A stretch of DNA of 64,000 nt from positions 2,522,662 to 2,586,661 of the forward strand of contig OY759724.1 in assembly GCA_963662715.1 (NCBI GenBank), read 5' to 3'. Numbering within the stretch: the first letter of the stretch is position 1; every line of letters begins with the position of its first letter. A program made the position numbers and the translations under genes. Under the pieces are notes generated by a model. It searched no databases, had not been told where the DNA came from, and worked only from the letters and a program-made list of their open reading frames with translations. This DNA is from Candidatus Omnitrophota bacterium (GTDB lineage: Bacteria; Omnitrophota; Gorgyraeia; Zapsychrales; JANLHA01). Shown here in pieces: positions 58,076-64,000 of this stretch.

Positions 58076-59217
58076 TCACAATTATGATTGATTTTATCCA
58101 GACAATTTGGGGGGATTACACTTTACGGACCGTTATCATGGGAACAGCTCTGCTGGGCATGGTCAACGGGGTTCTGGGGTGTTTTGCCTTTTTGCGCCGT
58201 CAAAGCCTGCTGGGTGACTCCATCGCGCACGCGGCCCTGCCGGGCATCGCGTTGGCGTTTTTATTAACGGGAAGTAAGGCCACGATTGTTTTGATTATCG
58301 GTGCTGCTGTTTCGGGATGGCTGGGAATGCTGCTGGTGATGTCTATTATCCGGATGACCCGGATCAAAGAGGACAGCGCCCTGGGCATGATGTTATCGGT
58401 CTTTTTCGGCCTGGGGATGGTGCTTTTGACATTTATCAACCGTCTGCCCACAGCGAGCAAGGCCGGGTTACAAAAGTTTTTGTTCGGAATGGCCGCGACA
58501 ATGCTGGAAAGTGATGTCCTGGCCATGGCCGTTCTGGGATTGCTTGTTTTGTTTTTAGTGATTGTGTTCTGGAAAGAATTCAAGCTCTTGTCCTTTAACC
58601 CGGAGTACGGAGAAACATTGGGCTATCCGGTGCATCTTTTGGATGTTTTGTTAACGGCGATGATCGTTATGTCTATCGTGATTGGACTGGAGGCTGTGGG
58701 CGTTATTTTAATGAGTTCCCTGATCGTGGCCCCGGCCGCGGCCGCCCGGCAGTGGACAGACCGGTTGAACGTGATGGTCGTTTTGGCTGCTGTTTTCGGG
58801 GCCAGTTCCGGTATATTCGGCGCGCTGTTAAGCGGCGCGGTCAGCCGTTTGTCGACCGGGCCGACCATTGTTTTATTTGTTACGGCGGTATTTGTTGTTT
58901 CCTTTATTATTTCTCCTAAACGGGGTATCCTTTTTACCTGGATCCGCCGGGTGCAAAGCCGCCATAAAATCCGTTTTGAAAATGTCCTCACCGACCTTTA
59001 TCATTTGTCCCTTCATCATGCAGAGCCGCGGGGGCATCCGGTGCCGGTTCTGCGGACGATGAACTCCAGGGGCGTCGGTATTCAAAGAAGTCTAAACCTC
59101 ATGCAGCGTCTGGGGCTAGTCCGGCAGACGAAAAGGGATCTCTGGATTTTGACGGAAAAGGGAACGGCCGAAGCTGAGAAAATATTGAAACAGCGGGGAG
59201 CACCGAATGGATATTGA
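58072..59217 (+). CDS. Metal ABC transporter permease (ZnuB/MntC type) fused to a C-terminal DtxR/MntR-like winged-helix DNA-binding domain
   Basis: 8-TM ABC-3 permease ending at the usual …ISPKRGILF. It is followed by about 95 extra residues, ENVLTDLYHLSLHH…VPVLRTMNSRGVGIQRSLNLMQRLGLVRQTKRDLWILTEKGTAEAEKIL, that align with the MntR/DtxR N-terminal DNA-binding domain (EDYIEQIYMLIEE…[49 protein letters not shown]). Confidence 0.75.
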   Translation: MITIMIDFIQTIWGDYTLRTVIMGTALLGMVNGVLGCFAFLRRQSLLGDSIAHAALPGIALAFLLTGSKATIVLIIGAAVSGWLGMLLVMSIIRMTRIKEDSALGMMLSVFFGLGMVLLTFINRLPTASKAGLQKFLFGMAATMLESDVLAMAVLGLLVLFLVIVFWKEFKLLSFNPEYGETLGYPVHLLDVLLTAMIVMSIVIGLEAVGVILMSSLIVAPAAAARQWTDRLNVMVVLAAVFGASSGIFGALLSGAVSRLSTGPTIVLFVTAVFVVSFIISPKRGILFTWIRRVQSRHKIRFENVLTDLYHLSLHHAEPRGHPVPVLRTMNSRGVGIQRSLNLMQRLGLVRQTKRDLWILTEKGTAEAEKILKQRGAPNGY

Positions 59218-60316
59218 AACCATTCAGATTATTCTGATTGCCTGTTTAACGGCAGCGACATGCGCGGTGCTGGGCGTTTTTCTTGTCCTGCGCCGTATGG
59301 CTTTAATGAGCGATGCGATCAGTCATTCGATTCTGTTGGGAATCGTTCTCGTGTTTTTTCTTGTTGAAGATCTGTCCTCCCCCTGGCTGATCGTCGGGGC
59401 AGGGGCGACAGGCCTGCTCATGGCTGTTCTGGTTGAAGCCCTTAATAAAACCCATTTAGTCAAGGAGGATGCTTCTATCGGCCTGGTTTTTCCGGCCTTG
59501 TTCAGCATAGGCGTTATTCTGATTAACCTCTATGCCGGCAATATCCATTTGGATATTGATGCTGTTTTGGTCGGGGACTTGGTTTTTGCCCCGTTTAATA
59601 CGTTGACGGTGTCTGGACGGGATGTGGGGCCTAAAGCCCTTTATGTCATGTCGTGCTTACTGCTGCTGAATGTTTTGTTTATCATTGTCTTTTTTAAGGA
59701 ATTCAAGTTGTCGACTTTTGACGCCGGATTGGCTTCGACCTTTGGCTTCGCGCCCGGCCTATTGCACTATGTTTTTATGGGCCTGGTTTCCATAACGGCT
59801 GTAGGCGCTTTTGATACTGTAGGTTCGATTCTCGTTGTCGCACTGATGATTGCGCCTCCGGCCTCCGCTTTTCTGCTTACGAGCCGTTTAGTGACTATGC
59901 TTTGGTTGAGCGCGGGGTTCGGGATTCTGAGCGCTGTAACCGGCTTTTTTATCGCCCATGCCCTTGATTCCTCCATATCTGGATGCATTGCCGTTATGAC
60001 CGGAGTTTATTTCCTTTTAACATTTCTCTTGGCTCCTCATCGGGGTGTTTTGGCTATTATCAAACGCCGTTTGACCCAGCGGCTGGAATTCGCCCAGGGT
60101 GTCTTGGCGGTGCATCTGGCCCATCATCGGGGCAGGGAGGAAGAGCGCCAGGAATGCCGGGCAGACCATTTGACCGACCATATCCGATGGGAGCCGGGAT
60201 TTGCCCAGAAAGTTATCGACCTCTCTCAAAAAGATCAGCTTATTATTAACCAAAAAGGGATTTTAAAGTTAACCCAGAAAGGACTGGAATTAGCGGATAC
60301 GGTCATGGAAAATTAA
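59207..60316 (+). CDS. Second metal ABC transporter permease, also with a roughly 90-aa C-terminal DtxR-like winged-helix extension
   Basis: ABC-3 permease core ending …LAPHRGVLAIIKRR, then LEFAQGVLAVHLAHH…ADHLTDHIRWEPGFAQKVIDLSQKDQLIINQKGILKLTQKGLELADTVM. The pattern is the same as in the previous gene's extension (hydrophobic helix, H-rich turn, …LTxKGxExA…). Confidence 0.7.
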   Translation: MDIETIQIILIACLTAATCAVLGVFLVLRRMALMSDAISHSILLGIVLVFFLVEDLSSPWLIVGAGATGLLMAVLVEALNKTHLVKEDASIGLVFPALFSIGVILINLYAGNIHLDIDAVLVGDLVFAPFNTLTVSGRDVGPKALYVMSCLLLLNVLFIIVFFKEFKLSTFDAGLASTFGFAPGLLHYVFMGLVSITAVGAFDTVGSILVVALMIAPPASAFLLTSRLVTMLWLSAGFGILSAVTGFFIAHALDSSISGCIAVMTGVYFLLTFLLAPHRGVLAIIKRRLTQRLEFAQGVLAVHLAHHRGREEERQECRADHLTDHIRWEPGFAQKVIDLSQKDQLIINQKGILKLTQKGLELADTVMEN

Positions 60317-60343
60317 TGTCCCTAATCCGGGAGGAGTTTATTT

Positions 60344-61246
60344 ATGAATCACCGCAGAATCATTATCAATACGGGCCTGGCCGTTCTGTGTTTTCTCTGG
60401 TGCGGCGCGGGGACGGGTTTCGCACAGCAGGTGCGAGTTCTGGCGACAACCGGAATGATCGCCGATGTGGCGTCGAATGTGGGGCAGGATTTGGTTGAGG
60501 TGACGGCTTTGATGGGGCCGGGTGTCGATCCTCATTTGTATCAGGCCACGGCACGGGATGTTCAACGGATGCGCAAGGCCGATATCATTTTTTATAATGG
60601 GCTTCATCTGGAAGCCGGCCTGCAGAAGATTTTAGAAAAGATGCCCCAAAAGGCTGTTGCTGTTACAAAAGATATTCCGGAAGATATTATTCAGACCCGT
60701 GATCATAAGCATGACCCGCATGTCTGGATGGATGTCTCCTTATGGATCAGAGCCGTGGAGACCGTTAGGAACGGCCTTATTCAAAAGGACCCCGCAAACA
60801 GACAACGCTATGAACAGCAGGCGAAAGATTATCTGCAAAAACTTCAGGCCCTGCACGGCTCCATTATGAAAAAAGTTGCCCTCATCCCGGAGAACGGCCG
60901 GGTGCTTATCACGGCGCATGACGCGTTCGCCTATTTTGGCAAAGCCTATGGGATGGAGGTTAAAGCCTTGATGGGTATTAGTACGCAGACCGAAGCCGGG
61001 ACGAAAGATGTGCAGGACCTGACGGCGTTTATCGTTTCCGGAAAAATCAAAGCCATCTTTGTGGAAAGCAGTGTGCCGGAGAAATATGTTGAAGCGGTTC
61101 AGGAGGCCGTAAAGCAAAAGGGATTTGATGTGCAAATCGGAGGAGAGTTGTTTTCCGATGCCATGGGCGCAGAGGGGACTTTTGAAGGAACGTATATCGG
61201 AATGTTGACCCATAATACGGATACGATCGTCAATGCCCTTAAATAA
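60344..61246 (+). CDS. Metal ABC transporter substrate-binding protein (ZnuA/TroA/MntC cluster-A-1 type)
   Basis: Signal peptide; metal-coordinating His-containing motifs (GVDPHLY…, HDPHVWMD…, ITAHDAFAYF) typical of the TroA/ZnuA family. Confidence 0.85.
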   Translation: MNHRRIIINTGLAVLCFLWCGAGTGFAQQVRVLATTGMIADVASNVGQDLVEVTALMGPGVDPHLYQATARDVQRMRKADIIFYNGLHLEAGLQKILEKMPQKAVAVTKDIPEDIIQTRDHKHDPHVWMDVSLWIRAVETVRNGLIQKDPANRQRYEQQAKDYLQKLQALHGSIMKKVALIPENGRVLITAHDAFAYFGKAYGMEVKALMGISTQTEAGTKDVQDLTAFIVSGKIKAIFVESSVPEKYVEAVQEAVKQKGFDVQIGGELFSDAMGAEGTFEGTYIGMLTHNTDTIVNALK

Positions 61247-61374
61247 ATTCTGCCCAATCCTATTGTTTGATCTGCGGGGACACTTCTCTAGGAACTTCTT
61301 GGGACTAAAAGAGATAGATAGACCCGGTCCCTACTTTACTTTATTAAAGATAGCTGAAACCAAAGGATAGAATT

Positions 61375-61683
61375 ATGAAAAGGATATTATTATTTTTGTC
61401 TTTGATCTGGATGAGCGCGTGTTCCACTTCAGCCGAATATACAAGCAAAAAATTTGACGTTCCTGAAAAACAATTAAGTTGTGAAGAACGATGGTCAGAA
61501 TTAAAAAAGGGACTGCATTATAGTGAAGTGAATGATTTGCTGGGTTCTATTTCGAAACTTTCCCAGGAGGAGGCTTGCACGTTGGCGAAGAATGGAGGCT
61601 ATAAAATCTATAGCAAAAAAGGTTCTTTTCTCTTCGATAAGTCGTGTCTGCTTGAAAAATGGACGAATTATGAGTGTCCTTAG
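61375..61683 (+). CDS. Hypothetical small Cys-containing lipoprotein
   Basis: Signal peptide with lipobox (MSACS); 6 Cys in 100 aa. Confidence 0.4.
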   Translation: MKRILLFLSLIWMSACSTSAEYTSKKFDVPEKQLSCEERWSELKKGLHYSEVNDLLGSISKLSQEEACTLAKNGGYKIYSKKGSFLFDKSCLLEKWTNYECP

Positions 61684-61755
61684 TCAATAGAGAACAAGTT
61701 GTCCTCAGGATTCGTGAATTTAAGATTGAACGGTGAACGCCCCTAATATAATTTT

Positions 61756-62832
61756 ATGTTCTGTAAGGGGATGTCGGGCCGACCATGTAGGAGGATGAAT
61801 AGTAAAATGAGCAGTTCGCATGATGTTGAAAAACAAATTATCATTGGCACAAATGCCGGCCAGAAGAATTATCAGTTCGATGAAGAACATGACCCGAATC
61901 TTCCGGCCCAGATGTGGTTTCAGGAATCCGAAGAAGGAGAGATCCTTTTTATCGTTTTTTATTCGCAGGCCTGCCGATGGTCCCGCTGTCTCGGCTGTAA
62001 TTTGCCTTCCCGGATGGCCCAAAAACATGTCGGTTTTAAGGCCCTGATGGCTCAAGCGGATTATGTTTTTACCCGCCCGGAAGTCGTCAGGCGGAGCCCC
62101 TGCTTAAAGAAAGTCATCGTCAGCAACAATGGTTCTGTTTTGGATGAGGCGACATTTTCTTCGACAGCATTGATATACCTCATGGCCAAAATGAACCTTC
62201 ACTTTCCGCAACTCGCGGTTTTGACTCTGGAAACGAGAGTGGAGTATGTGGATATCGAAGAGCTGGAATTTATAGCCCGTACGTTAGCCGAGGGGGATAC
62301 CCCGACCATGCTGGAGATAGCTGTGGGCTTTGAAGCTTTTGATGACCGTATAAGAAATGAGGTTTTTCATAAAGGACTGACGCTGGAAACATTTGAAAAG
62401 TTGTGCGCTATGCTGGCCGTGCATGGTTTTCGTTTAAAGTGTTATTTTATGCAGAAGCCGGTTCCCGGGTTGTCCGATGAGGAGGCCATCCTCGACATCC
62501 ACCGGGCCATTGATTATTTGAGTGAACAATCACGGAAGTTCGGAATAAAAATCAACATGCACCTGAACCCGACCTTCGTGGCGGCGGGAACGATGTTGGA
62601 ACAGAGTTTTAGACGTCAGCAGTATTCCCCTCCGAAATTGACGGATGTCATTCGTGCGGCCGTAAAAGGAGAAGGGAAAAACATTTCTGTTTATCTTGGC
62701 CTTTCCGATGAAGGGCTGGCCTGCGAAGGCGGATCCTTTATCCGGCCCGGGGACGAACCTCTCATCAATCAATTGGAGGTTTTCAATAAAACACAGAATT
62801 ACAGCCTGCTTCATGAAATATTGTCTTCTTGA
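61756..62832 (+). CDS. Putative radical-SAM-like Fe-S enzyme with a non-canonical CX4CX2C motif. The start codon is uncertain; alternative ATGs lie at 61796 and 61807.
   Basis: ACRWSRCLGC occupies the position where radical-SAM enzymes carry CX3CX2C, after a beta strand (ILFIVFYSQ). Downstream SNNGS and alternating beta/alpha segments are compatible with a partial TIM barrel. No confident family assignment. Confidence 0.3.
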   Translation: MFCKGMSGRPCRRMNSKMSSSHDVEKQIIIGTNAGQKNYQFDEEHDPNLPAQMWFQESEEGEILFIVFYSQACRWSRCLGCNLPSRMAQKHVGFKALMAQADYVFTRPEVVRRSPCLKKVIVSNNGSVLDEATFSSTALIYLMAKMNLHFPQLAVLTLETRVEYVDIEELEFIARTLAEGDTPTMLEIAVGFEAFDDRIRNEVFHKGLTLETFEKLCAMLAVHGFRLKCYFMQKPVPGLSDEEAILDIHRAIDYLSEQSRKFGIKINMHLNPTFVAAGTMLEQSFRRQQYSPPKLTDVIRAAVKGEGKNISVYLGLSDEGLACEGGSFIRPGDEPLINQLEVFNKTQNYSLLHEILSS

Positions 62833-62851
62833 AGATATTGAAAGAGCCGTA

Positions 62852-63835
62852 TTATAAAATTTCCTTGCCAGTGATGAGCGTCAGCAGTTTAGGGTAAACG
62901 AGGTGAATCTTCTGGTCGGGCTGTTCGGGATCGATCAGGTCATGGCCCAATTGAAGATTTTTCGGAAATTCATAATGCCGTATTTTATGCGGGTCGTGCG
63001 AGCGCCAGTTTCTTTTAACCGTTTTAATGCTTTTTCTGTTAACCGCTTTGTCATTCGCATTTGTTATGATGATAATGGCCCCTGCCGAAGGTTGATGTTT
63101 TCCCCCTTCCGCCTGTATATGCCATCCTAAACGCCTGATTTCCCCGAGCGCTCTCGCTGAAAAGCCGTAATAGGCTGACTCAGGACCTTTCATTTGGGCT
63201 TTTTCCAGGGGGTTCCACCAGACAAACCGGTCGGGTAATATGAGCAGGAGGTTGATTGTGGGTTTCAGGAATATCTCCGGGGCCACATATGTTCCGAAAT
63301 TCGGGGCAATTAAAACAGCCTGATCAACATCATTACGGAACTGCGCGGCCCAGCCGGTCATGACCCCGCCCATGGACAGCCCCACCACTGTCACCCGTTC
63401 GCCCAACCCCCGGGCGATATCCACGGATTCATCGCAAAATGCCTTGAGTTCTTCCGCTGTCAGATACCCTAAATCCGGGGCCATCCGGTCTTTATGCCCG
63501 TGGCGGGGGAGCCGTGGAATCAGGACGTTATACCCCAACTTATAAAATTCTTCCCCCAGCGCTTTAAACTGGCGCGGGCTGTTGGTAAATCCATGGAAAA
63601 ACACGATAGCCTCGTTCACCTTTTTCCCGTGATTCATAAAGATCAACTGTCCGGTGGGGGCGAGTTCCCGGGAGTTTAAGTTTTTCAATTTTTCTATTCT
63701 CTGCAGACTTTCCTGATAACTTTTGGCGGGACGGGGCCGGGAGAACAGGGTCTGGGTGTTAACCGAATATAATCGGGAGAGGGCTATCCCGATGACGGAT
63801 ATCCAGATAAGTTTTTTAACTGATATCTTGAACAT
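62852..63835 (-). CDS. Alpha/beta-hydrolase-fold protein (secreted esterase/lipase-like)
   Basis: N-terminal TM/signal; HGF oxyanion motif (VFFHGFTNS); nucleophile elbow GLSMGG; C-terminal His-containing region. Confidence 0.75.
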   Translation of the reverse strand: MFKISVKKLIWISVIGIALSRLYSVNTQTLFSRPRPAKSYQESLQRIEKLKNLNSRELAPTGQLIFMNHGKKVNEAIVFFHGFTNSPRQFKALGEEFYKLGYNVLIPRLPRHGHKDRMAPDLGYLTAEELKAFCDESVDIARGLGERVTVVGLSMGGVMTGWAAQFRNDVDQAVLIAPNFGTYVAPEIFLKPTINLLLILPDRFVWWNPLEKAQMKGPESAYYGFSARALGEIRRLGWHIQAEGGKHQPSAGAIIIITNANDKAVNRKSIKTVKRNWRSHDPHKIRHYEFPKNLQLGHDLIDPEQPDQKIHLVYPKLLTLITGKEIL

Positions 63836-64000
63836 AGAAATTTATTCAAGCGGGTTGGGATCTGTGTTGTTATTGACAGCCTTTTATGTCCCGTTTTCCC
63901 GTACGGGATTTTAGAAAGCTTCTGGAAAATAGATACTTGAAGATTAGTGTATACTAAAATACGTTTCTTGACAATAGTTTGGCATGTCCGGTCCGGGGCA

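Overview
This 64 kb window is chromosomal DNA from a diderm (Gram-negative-type) bacterium, probably an uncultivated lineage. Coding is dense and mostly on the + strand, with an exosortase/PEP-CTERM-type sorting signal present and several AT-rich intergenic spacers carrying sigma70-like promoters. I found no rRNA, tRNA, CRISPR array, transposase or integrase. In order, the recognisable content is as follows. (1) An RRM RNA-binding protein. (2) A TonB-dependent receptor with exbB-exbD-tonB. (3) A 1295-aa gingipain-like C25 cysteine peptidase on the minus strand whose C-terminal third is built from eight nearly identical 180-bp Cys-rich modules. (4) Two divergently oriented methyltransferases and a PEP-CTERM protein in an AT-rich stretch. 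(5) A Cache-type methyl-accepting chemotaxis protein. (6) An outer membrane protein, an ABC substrate-binding protein and an Rrf2 regulator. (7) A complete pstSCAB phosphate transporter. (8) A small ORF followed by a MerR regulator. (9) A CarD/CdnL-like regulator, two FKBP peptidyl-prolyl isomerases and infA. (10) A DUF2975 membrane protein with an XRE repressor, behind a promoter overlapped by a palindromic operator. (11) An orphan Afp1/T4-gp19-like contractile-tail tube protein that carries a Sec signal peptide. (12) modABC. (13) A MATE pump, an acyl carrier protein and a KAS. (14) A 1066-aa CsgG-like/TPR/beta-propeller protein. (15) An MscS channel, an outer membrane protein and a metallophosphoesterase. 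(16) A spermidine-synthase-like membrane protein. (17) moaA, moaC and a MOSC protein. (18) An ICMT-family methyltransferase and a second MATE pump. (19) A 1407-aa protein that embeds a complete sucrose-synthase GT-B unit behind a roughly 400-aa unknown membrane-anchored N-terminal extension. (20) A Znu/Mnt-type metal ABC operon in which both permeases carry C-terminal DtxR/MntR-like winged-helix extensions, as in chlamydial YtgCR. (21) A radical-SAM-like protein and an alpha/beta hydrolase. The most unusual items are the double permease-repressor fusion, the signal-peptide-bearing orphan tail-tube homolog, the repeat-expanded C25 peptidase and the oversized sucrose-synthase fusion. All calls come from reading the sequence and translations, not from database searches.
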